DNA of 64,000 bases, from NCBI RefSeq assembly GCF_964194155.1, contig NC_135880.1, positions 205,902,001 through 205,966,000 on the forward strand, read 5' to 3'. This stretch comes from Cetorhinus maximus (taxonomy: Eukaryota). Position numbers and translations under genes: made by a program. The notes beneath the pieces are model-generated. The model was not told the origin of the DNA. It ran no database searches and worked only from the letters and a program-made list of their open reading frames with translations. This document shows positions 36,010 to 49,254 of this stretch, in pieces (within the stretch, counting starts at the first letter, position 1; every line of letters starts with the position of its first letter).

Positions 36010-38225
36010 AGATAGTGATCATAACTCTGTTAGATTCAAGGTTGTTATGGAAAAGGACAAGGATGGGCCAGAAATCTGAGTTCTAAATTGGGGGAAGGCC
36101 GATTTTAATGCGGTCAGATATGATTTGGCCAGAGTGGACTGGGAGCAGCTACTTTTAGGTAAATCTGCATCAGAGCAGAAGGAAAGAGGGAGAGTACAGC
36201 ACCAACATATTACAGTAAAGATAAAGGGTGGGACCAACAAATCCAGGGAACCCTGGATGTCGAGGGATATACAGGATTGGATAAAGAGAAAAAGGGAGGC
36301 TTATGGCAGATACCGAGGGCTCAAAACAGCGGAAGCCCGAGAGGAGTATAGAATGTGTAGGGGGGATCTTAAAAAGGAAATTAGGAGAGCAAAAAGGGGG
36401 CATGAAAAAACATTGACAGGTAAAATAAAGGAAAATCCAAAGTTATTTTACTAGTACATTAAGAGTAAGAGGATAACTAGGGAAAGAGTAGGGCCCATTA
36501 AGGACCATAGTGGTAATTTGTGTGTGGAGCCGGAAGATGTAGTAGGGTTCTAAATGAATAGTTTGTGTTGGTGTTCACAAGTGAGAGGAATGACGTGGGT
36601 ATGGAAATCAGGCAGAAGGACTCTGATATAATTAAAGAAATTAGCATAGAAAGGGAGGAGGTTCTAAGTGGCCTGGCAGGCTTAAAAGTAAATAAATCTC
36701 CAGGCCCGGATGAAATGTATCCCAGTTGAGTGAGGCAAGGGAGGAGATAGCAGGGGCGCTGGCAATAATTTTCAGTACCTCTCTGGCCACAGGATAGGTG
36801 CCAGAGGACTGGAGGAATGTGAATGTGGTACCCTTATTCAGGAAGGGATAAACCAGGGAACTATAGGCCAGTCAGTCTAACCTCAGTGGTGGGGAAACTA
36901 TTGGAAGCAATTCTGAGGGACAGAGTTAATCTACACTTGGAGAGGTACTGGTTAATCAACAACAGTCAGCATGGTTTTGTTAAGGGGAGGTCATGTCTGA
37001 CCAATTTGATTGAATTTTTCGAAGAGGTGACCAGGTGTGTAGATGAGGGCAATGCATTTGATGTAGTCTACTTGGACTTTTAGCAAGGCTTTTGATAAGG
37101 TCCTGCATGGGAGACTGATAACGAAGGTAAGAGCCCATGGGATCCAAGGCAATTTGGCAAATTGAATCCAGAATTGGCCGGGTAGCAGGATGCAAGGGTG
37201 ATGGTTGAGGGGTGTTTTTGTGACTGGATACCTGTGTCCAGTGGGGTTCCGCAGGGATCGGTGTTGGATTCCTTGCTGTTTGTGGGATATATAAATGATT
37301 TAGATTTGAATGTAGGAGGGTTGATCAGTAAGTTCATAGATGACACGAAAATTGGTGGGGTGGTAAATAGTGAGGAAGATAGTCTTAGATTACGGGAGGA
37401 TATAGACAGGCTGGCAAACGGAATTTAATCTAGATAAGTGTGAGGTGATGCACTTGGGCAGGACAAATAAGGCACGGGAATACACGATGAAAGGTAGGAC
37501 CCTGGGAAGTACCGTGGATCAGGGGGACCTTGGTGTGCATGTCCACCGGCCCCTTAAGGTAGCAGGACAGGTAGATAATGTGGTTAAGAAGGCATATGGG
37601 ATACTTGCCATTATTAGCTGAGGCATCGAATATAAGGGCAGGGGGGTTATGCTGGAACTGTATAAAGTGCTGGTTAGGCCACAGTGAGAGTATTGCGTGC
37701 AGTTCTGGAATCCGCATTATAAGAAGGATGTGATTGCACTAGAGAGAGTGCAGAGGAGATTTACCAGGAAGTTGCCTGGGCTGTAGAGTTTTAGTTATGA
37801 GGAGAGATTGGATAGACTGGGGTTATTTTCCCTGCAGCAGAGGAGATTGAGGGGGGGACATGATTGAGGTATATAAGATTATGAGGGGCATAGATAGGGT
37901 AGACAGGAAGGAACTTTTCCTCTTGGTGGAGTGATCAATAAGGTATTACCATTTAAGGTAAGGGGCAGGAGGTTTAGAGGGGATGTGAGGAAAAATGTTT
38001 TCATCCAAAGGGCGGTGGGAATCTGGAACTCACTGCCTGAAAGAGTGGTAGAGGTGGAAACCCTCATAACATTTAAGAAGTATTTGGATGTGCACTTGCG
38101 CTGCCATGGCATACAAGGCTATGGGCCTAGTGCTGGAAAATGGGATTAGAATAGTTAGGTACTTGTTTGACCGGCACAGACTTGATGGGCCAAAGGGCCT
38201 TTTTCTGTGCTGTGGACCTCTATGC
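36010..38225 (+). mobile_element. 5'-truncated CR1 LINE (distinct subfamily)
   Basis: NYRPVSLTSVVGK, SGVPQGSVL, KFIDDTK; frameshifted throughout. Confidence 0.93.
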
Positions 38226-38389
38226 AGCAAATAAATGCCACAAATCAAAAATATCTGGACCGTAGGACCTGGGACACAATATTTGTGTGTTCAACATTTG
38301 TATCTTTTATTCAGGCTTTTATGTAAAAGATATTAAAGTCTTTTCTGCAATATATGTGAAGAATTGATGGGTATACTTGTAATTTGAGT

Positions 38390-38850
38390 ACCAAAGTACA
38401 GCGTAGATTTACCAGATTGATACCTGGATTCCAAGGGTCAAATTACAAGGCAAGCTTTCACGAACTAGGGTTGTATTGCTTGGAATTCAGAAACTTTTCA
38501 CAATATTAAGGGGAACAGATAAGGTAGACCGAGAGAAACTATTTCTGCTAGTTGGGAAGCCCAGGACAGGGGCAGTCTTAAAAATTAGAGTCAGATCATC
38601 AGAAGTGAAATAGGAAACACTTAGTACACACAACAGGTAGTCAATGTTTGGAATTCCCTACCACAAACAGCAATTAATGCTCAATCAATTGTTCATTTTA
38701 AATCTGAGGTGAATACATTTTTGTTAACCAATGATATTAAGGGATATGGAGCAAAGGCAGGTATATGGAGTTAGATGGAAGATCAGCCATGATCTCATTG
38801 AATGATGGAGCAGGCTCGAGGGGCTAAATGGCCCATTCCTCTTCATATGT
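38390..38850 (+). mobile_element. Old CR1 3' fragment
   Basis: Decayed QRRFTRLIPG... and 3' UTR GGAGCAGGCTCGAGGGGCTAAATGGCC. Confidence 0.7.
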
Positions 38851-38975
38851 CCTTTACAATTATGTTAGGGGCTTATTCTTGAGTTGTCAGCTTTCTGAAG
38901 CTGTTGGTCAGATTATGTTCGTTTTCTAGGTTGGTATTTGCGATTCAGACATCAAACAAAGTTCATTACTCCATT

Positions 38976-40373
38976 ACAAGCCTACCGACTCCCACAGCTA
39001 CCTCGACTACAGCTCCTCACACCCCGCTTCTTGTAAAGACTCCATCCCATTCTCTCAGTTCCTTCGCCTCCGTCGCATCTGTTCTGATGACGCTACCTTC
39101 AAAAACAGCTCCTCTGACATGTCCTCCTTCTTCCTTAACCGAGGTTTTCCATCCACGGTCGTTGACAGGGGCCTCAACCGTGTCCGGCCCATATCCCGCG
39201 CATCCTCCCTCACGCCTTCTCCTCCTTCCCAGAAACATGATAGGGTCCTCCTTGTCCTCACTTATCACCCCACCAGCCTCCGCATTCAAAGGATCATCCT
39301 CCGCCATTTCCGCCAACTCCAGCATGATGCCACCACCAAACACATTTTCCCTTCACCCCCCCTGACGGCATTCCGTAGGGATCGTTCCCTCCGGGACACC
39401 CTAGTCCACTCCTCCATCACCCCCTACTCCTCAACCCCCACTTATGGCACCTCCCCATGCCCACGCAGAAGATGCAACACCTGCCCCTTCACTTCCTCTC
39501 TCCTCACCGTCCAAGGGCACAAACACTCCTTTCAAGTGAAGCAGCATTTCACTTGCATTTCCCCTTAGTCTACTGCATTCGTTGCTCCCAATGTGGTCTC
39601 CTCTACATTGGAGAGACCAAACGCAAACTGGGCGACCGTTTTGCGGAACACCTGCGGTCTGTCCGCAAGAAAGACCCAAACCTCCCTGTCGCTTGCCATT
39701 TTAACACTCCACCCTGTTCTCTTGCCCACATGTCTGTCCTTGGCTTGCTGCATTGTTTCAGTGAAGCCCAACGCAAACTGGAGGAACAGCACCTCATCTT
39801 CCGACTAGGCACTTTACAGCCTTCCGGGCTGAATATTGAATTCAACAACTTTTGATCTTAAACTCCCCCTCCCCCCATCCCCACCCCGTTTCTCCCCCCC
39901 CCCTTTTATTTTCAATAATTTATATAGATTCTTCTTTCCCCACCTATTTCCATTATTTTTAAATCTAAAACTAAAACCTTGTTAGTCTGTCCACCCAACC
40001 CCCACTAGAGCTGTACTTTGAGTATCCTGTCTTCCATTCTTAATTAGCACTTTTCTTAGACAAATATCACCACCTTCAACACCTCTTTGACCCTTTTGTC
40101 TGTGACATCTTTTGATTATCTGCTCCTACCACTGCTTATCTCCACAATCACCACACCCTCAACGTCTCTCTCCCCCCCCCCCCCACCTTAAACCAGTTTA
40201 CATTTCTCCCTTCTCCTAACTATGCTTCAGTTCTGCCGAAGGGCCATGAAGGCTCGAAACGTTAACTGATTTCTTCTCCGCCGATGCTGCCAGACCTGCT
40301 GAGTTTTTCCAGGTAATTCTGTTTTTGTTTTGGATTTCCAGCATCCGCAGTAGCTTTTAGCTTTTTGTTTTTA
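38976..40373 (+). mobile_element. 5'-truncated Penelope-like element (RT thumb, GIY-YIG, pseudo-LTR, tail)
   Basis: YKPTDSHSYLDYSSSHPASCKDSIPFSQFLRLRRICS; VYCIRCSQCGLLYIGETKR; 14-bp TSD TTCATTACT(C/G)CATT at 38962-38975 and 40374-40387. Confidence 0.93.
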
Positions 40374-40653
40374 TTCATTACTGCATTGTCCATGAAGGAA
40401 TGACAGGAAAGTGGGGTTGAGACCACAGTCAGATCAGCTATGCTCTTATTAAATGGCAGAACAGTCTCAAAGGGCGAAATGTCCTACTCCTGCTCCTAAA
40501 TCCTTTGTTCCTCAAGCACTCAAAGCTGATAATTTAATTTTGAACAATATCTTTGAAATTAAACGGGTATCCAACAAACTGTTGGGCACTTTCTTCATGA
40601 AGAAAGATTACAAATTTTAAACATAACATGTGGACAGGACATTAAGCTAGGCC

Positions 40654-40854
40654 AGCGGGGCGGAAGTGGAGGCGGGGGCGGGGCTAGTGGGGCCCGAGGT
40701 GGTGGTGGTGGTGGGGGGGGGGGGAGTTAGCGGGGCGGAAGTGGGGCCGGAGGAGTTAGCGGGGCGAAAGCGGTGCCGGGAGTTAGCGGGGCGGAAGTTG
40801 GGGGTCGGAGGTCGTAACTAGCGGGGCGGAAGTCGCAGCTAACGGGGCGGAAGT
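40654..40854 (+). promoter_or_regulatory. RBM7 promoter: array of composite GC-box/ETS sites
   Basis: Six copies of (T)AGCGGGGCGGAAGT-like units, five with intact CGGAAGT, 90-290 bp upstream of the ATG. Confidence 0.8.
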
Positions 40855-40946
40855 GGGGCTGGATGCCGGGAAAGGGGCGCCTGAATTATAACTAGGAGAC
40901 GAGTTTGCGTTCGGGGGTAAGGCGAAGAGTTTGAGCCGGGACTACC

Positions 40947-41039
40947 ATGGGGATAGCGAACGATGCGGATAAAACACTGTTCATCGGGAACCTGGACCTG
41001 AGAGTAACGGAGGAGCTTCTGTTCGAGTTGTTCCTGCAG
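40947..41039 (+). CDS. RBM7: RBM7 coding exon 1 (RRM, RNP2)
   Basis: ACCATGG Kozak context; MGIANDADKTLFIGNLDLRVTEELLFELFLQ; GTGGGT donor; 93 nt. Confidence 0.95.
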
Positions 41040-41351
41040 GTGGGTCCCGGCCTATTGAAGCCTCTCAGCCTCGGGGCCTTTCTTGAACTTGTCCCGGCGG
41101 CTCCACCTGTTCTTCGGGCGGGGGGCGGGGTGTCTTGGTATCCCGGGGCTGATCGATTATATTTTGAATTCGTTTTCTTTGTTGCCCGCGTTAACTGGGT
41201 CAGTTTAAAATCCCTGCCATTCATTGGGAGATTCTTTGTGCTACCAGCAGGAGAAACTTTCACAGGGAAGAGAGAGAGAGAGATTCAAACCTAACTCCCA
41301 CAGGTTTCCCGCCTAAACAGCGGCGCTTACACTCACTCACTGCCCTGATAC

Positions 41352-41456
41352 AGAAACAGAAACTCAGCATTTCTGGCACCATCGACCTGCTGGGTTTTTC
41401 CAGGTATAAAACTGTTTTTGTTTTGGATTTCCAGCATCCGCAGTTCTTTGCTTGTA
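41352..41456 (+). mobile_element. 105-bp Penelope terminus insertion in RBM7 intron 1
   Basis: GGATTTCCAGCATCCGCAG tail; TSD TCACTGCCC(C)TGATAC at 41337-41351 and 41457-41472. Confidence 0.8.
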
Positions 41457-41711
41457 TCACTGCCCCTGATACTTGGGGTTTTGAAAGGACCCTGGGGCAG
41501 GTTTTATTCTCCTTTCCCCCCCCCCTCCCCCCGGATTAATTACAGAATTTTAGCGTCCATGTTTGTTGCAGACTCCTCCAATTCACCGTGTGGTTCTAAC
41601 CTGTGTCGCTTCATTAATTCCCCAGGCACTATTTCATCTTCATGGGGGGTGTGTATGTGTTTTCTCAGTTTATTGAAAATGTTCTCTCTCTCTCTCTTTC
41701 TGTTTTACCAG

Positions 41712-41874
41712 GCTGGCCCACTGCTCGTCGTAAAAATCCCCAAGGACAAGGATGGAAAATCAAAGCAGTTCGCGTTCGTGCATTTTAAACACGTGGAGTC
41801 GGTCCATTACGGGAAAGACTTGTTGAATGGAATACAACTCTACGGCAAGGCCATCAAGATCCAGTTCAGATCAG
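41712..41874 (+). CDS. RBM7: RBM7 coding exon 2 (RRM, RNP1)
   Basis: AGPLLVVKIPKDKDGKSKQFAFVHFKHVESVHYGKDLLNGIQLYGKAIKIQFRS(G); CAG acceptor, GTAAGA donor; 163 nt. REXO2 linkage and the KQFAFV / IQFRSG motifs favour RBM7 over its paralogue RBM11. Confidence 0.95.
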
Positions 41875-42261
41875 GTAAGAAACAGTTGAATCACTGGTTT
41901 CTGTTTCGTTTTGTTTTGTGACTTAAAAAATTGTTCAATTCTGTTTGTCTGATTTCTATTTTGATTTTTAGTTTGTCTACATTCATGTCATAATTTTTAA
42001 CGTGCCACTCCCACGTTTTTCCACACCGGAGGGAATGCAAATCTTTTCCCAGAAATCCAGCATTTGAGCTGGTTGCCAGGAAGGGAACTGTGGGTATTTC
42101 TAGTGGCATCTGGTGGAGGTGGGCAGGGCACTTTAATACAGACTATGCAAAGATTAAACTTCAAACGTTCTTGTCAATTTTGCTACCAATAATTCTGCAA
42201 TAGACCAATTTAAAGATGAGTTGGATTATGTTTGTATCCTTGTGGAACTATTTTGGACCTT

Positions 42262-45200
42262 ACCATAAGACATAGGAGCAGAAATTAGGCTATTCGGCCC
42301 ATCAAGTCTGCTCCGCCATTCAATCATGGCTGATAAGTTTCTCAACCCCATTTTCCCACCTTCTCCCCGTAACCTTTGATCCCCATACCAATCAAAAACC
42401 TATCTATCTCGGTCTTAAATACACTCAATGACCTGGCCTCCACAGCCTTCTGTGGCAATGAATTCCATAGATTCACCACTCTCTGGCTAAAAAAGTTTCT
42501 CCTCATCTCTTCTAAAAAGTCTTCCCTTTACTCTGAGGCTGTGCCCTTGGGTCCTAAGTCTCTCCTACTAACGGAAACATCTTCCCCACATCCACTCTAT
42601 CCAAGCCTTTCAGTATTCTGTAAGTTTCAATCAGATCCCCCCCTCATCCTTCTAAACTCCATCGAGTATAGACCCAGAGACCTCAAACATTCCTCATATG
42701 TTAAACCTTTCATTTCCTGGGATCATTCTCGTGAACCTCCTCTGGACCCTCTCCAGGGCCAGCACATCCATCCTGAGATACGGGGCCCAAAATTGCTCAC
42801 AATATTCTAAATGTGGTCTGACCAGAGCCCTATTAAGCCTCAGCAGCAGATCCCTGCTTTTATATTCTAGTCCTCTCGAAATAAATGCCAACATTGCATT
42901 TGCCTTCCTAACTACCGCGTCAACCTGCAAGTTAACCTTAAGAGAATCCTGGTCTAGGACTCCCAAGTCCCTTTGCACTCCAGACTTCTGAATTCTCTCC
43001 CCATTTAGAAAATAGTCTATGCCTCTATTCTTCCTACTAAAGTGCCTGACCTCACGCTTCCCCACGTTGTATTCCATCTGCCACTTTGCCCATTCTCCTG
43101 ACCTGTCCAAATCCTTCTGCAGCCCCCCTGCCTCCTCAATACTACCTGTCCCTCCACCTATCTTTGTATCATCTGCAAACTTAGCCAGGATGCCCTCAGT
43201 TCCTTCATCTAGATCATTAATGTATAAAGTGAAAAGTTGTGGTCCCAACACTGACCCCTGCGGAACTCCACTAGTCACCGGCCGCCATCCTGAGAAGGAC
43301 ACCCTTATCCCCAATCTCTGCCTCCTGCCAGACAGCCAATCTTCCATCCATGCTAGTACCTTGCCTCTAACACCATGGGCTCTTATCTTACTGAGCAGCC
43401 TCTTGTGCGGCACCTTGTCAAAGGCCTTCTGGAAGTCCAAGTAGATAACATCCATTGGCTCTCCTTTGTCTAACGTACTCGTTACGTCCTCAAAAAATTC
43501 TAACAGATTTGTCAGGCATGACCTCCCCTTGATGAGACCATGCTGACTTTGCCCGATTTTACCATGCACTTCCAAGTATTCTGAAATCTAATCCTTAATA
43601 ATGGACTCTAAAATCTTACCAACGACCGAGGTCAGGCTAATAGGCCTGTAATTTCCCGTCTTTTGCCTCACTCCCTTCTTAAACAGGGGGGTTACATTAG
43701 CGATTTTTCAGTCCTCTGGGACCCTCCCTGACTCCAGTGATTCCTGAAAGACTGCCACTAACGCCTCCATTATCTCTTCAGCTATCTCCTTCAGAACTCT
43801 GGGGTGTAATCCATCTGGTCCAGGTGATTTATCCACCTTCAGACCTTTCAGTTTTCCTAGCACCTTCTCCTTGGTAATGGCCACCATACTCACCTCTGCC
43901 CCCCGACTCTCTTGAACTTTGGGGATGTCACTCGTGTCTTTCACTGTGAAGACTGACGCAAAGTACCTATTCAGTTCCTCCGCCATTTCTTTGTTCCCCA
44001 CTACTACTTCTCCAACGTCATTTTCCAGCGGCTCAATGTCCACTTTTGCCTCTCTCTTACCCTCTATATATCTAAAAAAAACTCTTGCAATCTTCTTTTA
44101 TATTACTGGCTAGTTTACCCTCATATTTAATCTTCTCCCTCCTTATTTCTTTTTTAGTTGTCCTCTGTTGGTCTTTGTAGTCTTCCCAATCCCCTGGTTT
44201 CCCACTGCTCTTCGGCGCATTGTGTGCTTTCTCCTTAGCTTTTATGCTGTCCCTGACTTCCCTTGTCAGCCATGGTTGCCTCGTCCTCCCTTTAGTATGC
44301 TTCTTCCTAGGGATGAATTTTTGCTGTGTCGCCCAAATTACTCCCAGAAACTCCTGCCATTGCTGTTCCACTGTCTTTTCTGCTAGGCTCATCTCTCAGT
44401 CAGTTCTGGCCAGCTCCTCCCTCATGCCTCTGTAGTTGCCTTTATTCAACTGTAATACCGTTACATCTGATTCCAGCTTTTTCCTCTCAAGTTGCAGGGT
44501 AAACTCTATCATATTATGGTCACTTTCTCCCATGGGTTCCTTCACCTTAAGCTCCCTTATCAAATCTGCCTCATTACACATCACTAAATCTAGAATTGCC
44601 TGTTCCCTAGTGGGCTCCACCACAAGCTGCTCCAAAAAGCCATCTTGTAGACATTCCACAAAATCCTTTTCTTGGGATCCACTACCAACCTGATTTTCCC
44701 AGTCTACCTGCATATTGAAATCCCCCATGATCACTGTAACCTTGTCTTTCTTACACACCTTTTCTATCTCCTGGTGTATCTTGTGCCCCACATCCTGACT
44801 ACTGTTCGGAGGCCTGTACATAACTCCCATTATGGTTTTTTTACCTTAGCGGTTCCTCAACTCTACCCACACAGATTCTACATCATCTGACCCTACATCA
44901 TTTCTTGCTATCGATTTAATTGCATTTCTTACCAACAAAGCAACCCCACCCCCTCTGCCAACCTGCCTATCTTTTTGATAGGATGTATATCCTTGGATAT
45001 TTAGCTCCCAGTCCTGATCCCCTTGCAGCCATGTCTCCATAATGCCCACCACATCATACCTGCCAATTTCAATCTGCGCCACGAGCTCATTTACCTTATT
45101 TCGTATACTGCGTGCATTCAGATACAACACCTTCAGTCCTGTATTTCCCGTCCCCTTTCTCATTGTCGTCCCTTTATCTGATGTGCTTGAAGTTAGATTC

Positions 45201-46560
45201 CTAGCCCTTTGCAAACACTCTGTCCTATTTTGTGCTCTGGAGACTTTAATAGCCTCTCCTGGGCTCTCCTTTTTTTTCAATTTTTTCATAATTGTCCATG
45301 AAATTGAATCCACCTCCCACACGCTAACCTGCTGCTTTGTTTCCCATTAGTCATATTTCTTGGAGTTTTACCCTTCCCTTCCCCCCCCCCCCACTTTCTA
45401 GTTTAAAGTCCTGTTGACCACCCTATTTACCCCTTTCGCTAGAACTTTGGTCCCAGATCGGTTCAGGTGGAGACCGTCCCAACGGTACAGATCCCTCCTG
45501 TTCCAATACTGATGCCAGTGCCCCACAAGATGAAACCCCTCTTTCCCGCACCACTCCTTTAGCCATGTGTTTACTTCCCTTATTCTCGCGTCCCTATGCC
45601 AATTTGCACGTGGCTCGGGTAGTAATCCGGAGATTATAACCCTTGAGGACCTGTTCTTTAATTTAGTTCCTAGTTCCTGATAATACCCAAACAGGTCCTC
45701 CTTTCCTAGTCTTACGTATGTTATTTGTCCCGACGTGGACCACAACAAATCGATCATCCCCCTCCCTCTCCAATATCCTTTCAAGCCGGTCAGAGATGTC
45801 CCTCACCCTGGCACCGGGCAGGCAACATACCATGCGGGACTCTCGATCCTGCTTACAAAGGAAGCTATCAATTCCCCTAATTATAGAATCCCCTACAACT
45901 ACCACTTGTCTTTTTACTCCCCCCTCTTGAATGGCCTCCTGTGCCACGGTGCCGTGGTCAGCTGGCTCATCCTCCCTACAGCCCTGTTCCTCATCCACAC
46001 AGGGAGCAAGTACCTCGTACCTGTTGGACAAGGTCAAGAGCTGAGGCTCCTCTGTTCCTGAACACGGGATCCCTCTACCTGCCTCACTTGCAGTCACACC
46101 CTGCTGACCCTGACCACTGACCGGACTTGAGGTACTTAATCTACCGGGTGTGACCGCCTCCTGATGCAAAGCATCCAGGTTAACTCTCCCCCTCCCGGAT
46201 GTGCCGCAGTGTCCGGAGCTCGGACTCCAGCTCATTAGTTCTGAGCCGGAGTTCATCCAGCAACCAACATTTGCTGCAGATGTGGTTATTGCGGCTCGCA
46301 GTGGGATCTGCCAGCTCACACATCATACAGCTACAGCACATCACCTGCCCAGCCATCTCTACTTAGATAATTAATTTATTAATTAGCTTTGCAGTATTTT
46401 TTCAAATTTGGTGCAGATTTCCTACCAACCAATCAGGTTACAGCTTTCCTGTGACGTCACCTTTTCAGTTTTGGCTTCAGTTACTTTGTGCCCCGAGGTC
46501 ACCGCTCCGGTGCTCCTCCCTCCGAGTCTGCTCCCTATAGACAAGGCTGCGAATCCCTGA
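42262..46560 (-). mobile_element. Essentially full-length CR1 LINE, antisense in RBM7 intron 2
   Basis: ORF1 from ATG 46356 (MAGQVMCCSC..CSKC zinc motif, VVVVGDSIIRG, VHVGTNN, DGLHLN esterase motifs); ORF2 APE plus RT (YLDFQKAFD, PQGSVLGP, FADD) broken by a few stops and frameshifts. Confidence 0.96.
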
Positions 46561-46938
46561 GGTAACATCCATTTACATTGGATGTGCCACTATAATTTAA
46601 TATGCTCAATCTAAGCTTTTAAACCATTGGCTGACCTGGTGCTTAGCAACTGTGCTGTGATACTGCTGTCACCAGCCCCCTGTGGTACTGCCTGTGCAGG
46701 AGAAAAATTTAGATGGTTTTAATTGGCGTGGAGATGCTGCTTCTGTTTAAGCTGTTGAGGTGAAGAGGAATGTAAGAGAATTCGAAATAGATAAAAATGA
46801 GGAGAGGTAGCAGAAGCATTGGTCATTTGCTTTCTATTAAGATCCATAGATTTAAAATGACTTTCCTCATGCAGGAAAGTTTTATAAGAAACTTTTTGTC
46901 TTTGAAATTTGTAGTAATTTTCTATGTTCTGTTCCTAG

Positions 46939-47032
46939 GTAGTGTTCATGAATCTCGGGAAGGAAACCCCCAGTCTCAGAATTCAGCTGCTTCTCACACT
47001 CCCTACAATTCTAACCAGTTCAGCAATAATCG
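46939..47032 (+). CDS. RBM7: RBM7 coding exon 3
   Basis: (G)SVHESREGNPQSQNSAASHTPYNSNQFSNN(R); TAG acceptor, GTATGG donor; 94 nt, phase 1-2 fits both neighbours. Confidence 0.88.
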
Positions 47033-48027
47033 GTATGGACTTCTGTTTGTGATTGTTCAGTTATTTTATTCTTTGGTTCTGCATGATTAGGAATGTAATC
47101 TATTTGCTATATCAGATTTAAGAAGGAAAAAAAAATCACAATCCACTTCATGTAGGTGGAACTTGCAAAGGCTTGAATTCTGCTTTTTTGATTCTGAATA
47201 TTGGAGGTTCCTTTTCTGTTTTGAGTTCCCTGATGTAGTTTTTAAGGGCTAGAGCTGGAAGCCATACTGGTTATTGGCACCACTCATTATATTTTGGGAG
47301 ATTTTGGAATTTTGTGAGTTTGGCTCGTCCATATTATTGTGTGGATATCTAGCCGCTGCTGTTGCGTGGAAAATCTGATGCAAAATTACTGCTTGAAGTG
47401 GTCTCAACAGTGGGAATCACTTTCAAGGTTAGTGCTACATTACACTGCAACACTAACAAAAGCACCAAATAAAGTTGTGACTGGAAACTTGAGACACTGA
47501 AGTTTGTATCAAAGATGTTACTGATGTTTAAGTGAATTGGAATGATGATGATGATGAATGAAATTCAATCTTAGTTGCCATTAATTATTGGCTCATATGC
47601 TCCATGCCGTTCACACATTGTAAGCTTTACCCATGAAACACAACTTTTACCTTCTAGAACAGCTGAAATTGATGGGGATTTAGCTAAATCCTGCACTTTC
47701 TTTCCCAACAGAGTAAATATGCAACGTCATTAAGACAATAGAAATTGAGGATTAGAAGAATAGTTTGTTTAAAACACCAGGCAGTTCCCCCGATGCTACT
47801 GTTAAATTTAAAGGGGGGCAGAGGGTGGGAAGGGAATGCCCTGTGATAAATGTGGAGTTATGGAACACTGGGGCTCTTGCTGTGCCTATGCTTTTGCAGC
47901 GTTCTGAGTTATTTGGATTTGAACAAATTTCTGCAGTTCTGAGAATTTATATATTTTTGGTGTGTGTTGCTTCTTGGATCTTGTTGTTAAGTGTCCCCTT
48001 TTCTTGCTTTCTCTCTTTCTGTGACAG

Positions 48028-48130
48028 GTTTGGTCGGGGAATGGATAATACAGGCACTCCAATTTTTGCAACTCCACAGCCAGTACAGAGATCGTTTTCT
48101 TCCCCTGATAGTCTTCAGAGGCAGGTCTTG
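48028..48130 (+). CDS. RBM7: RBM7 coding exon 4
   Basis: FGRGMDNTGTPIFATPQPVQRSFSSPDSLQRQVL, containing the RBM7 QRSFSSP phospho/14-3-3-type motif; CAG acceptor, GTAAGT donor; 103 nt. Confidence 0.93.
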
Positions 48131-49254
48131 GTAAGTAAAATCACTTTTGTGAATAATCTATTTCTGTGCCAAGTTTATTGGGATAAAACCATTCTGAACC
48201 TTAAATGAAATATAGATTTCAAGGTATAGTCTACTATTGTAGATGTGTACCAATTATATTCTAATTCAAATATCATATATAAACTACACTGAGACCATAC
48301 TGCATTTTGAAAACAGAAATAAAAATTGGATGGAGCAGTAACATGGAGACATGATTCCTTAACATTATTTTTCTTAAATGTTTCTTAAATGCCATTTTAA
48401 GAACCATGTGCCTTTATGGATGCATGTTTTTCCCTATTCAACCCCTCTTTTATTTAAACAATAATTGTTTATTTGCAGTAAGTTTTTCTATGCTCCCGTT
48501 CTGAAACTCTATGCATGTCAAGACACCTTACCTTAGCATGTAAGCATTGTAATCTACACATGACATATAAATGGAGATACATAATACCTTCTATCAGCCC
48601 CAGTCTTGTGTTCTTTGAGACAAGTCCCAGTGTTATCTTTGATACCTATTAAGCATTTTGGGGTTAGCATGGTTTTGATTTACACAAGCTGTGACCACTC
48701 ATGCTGTTTGTAGTGTGTCTGGGCAGTAAAACAGCTCCATGAATGTATCTTAACTTTTATATACAAGGGCAATCCTTTTTTTCTCCTGTTCTATCTGAAT
48801 TGACTTAAAGTCATGGGTTCCTTCCTCCTTTCTCTGCTGGCTCTTTGAAAGAGCAACCCAATTAATCTTACTACCCTGGTCTTTTTCCATAGCCCTACAA
48901 ATCGTTTCTTTTCAAGTATACCTATCCAATTCCTTCTTGAAAGATTTGAATCTTTTTCCCACCACCCTTTTGAGGCAGTGGCATTCCAGATGATACAGCT
49001 TGTTGGATTTTAAAATGTTTTCTTTATCTTCTCTCCTGATTCTTTTCACAATTTGCTTGAACCTGTATCCTTTGGTTAGTTACCCTCCTACCAGTTGAAT
49101 CAGTTTATCCTATCTTGTATCAAATCCCTTAACATGTTTTACTTGCCAGTTTAGTACCTGTGTTTGACTTTCATTGATCAGCTGATTGCTCTCTCCTGTG
49201 TGGCACTGATTTGTATTCTGCAGATTTATGAACTGTTTGATTTTTAACTTGCAG

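Noticed and set aside
40654-40854. CRISPR-like repeat-spacer array
   Set aside because: Eukaryotic promoter; 14-bp units with irregular short spacers and no cas genes
40892-41263. Antisense 123-aa ORF as a head-to-head partner gene of RBM7
   Set aside because: Overlaps RBM7 exon 1 in a GC-rich region, has a non-ATG start and no recognisable homology
42698-44693. Several + strand ORFs of 70-145 aa (similar ones at 3739, 20546, 30625)
   Set aside because: Antisense or off-frame shadows of LINE and Penelope sequence
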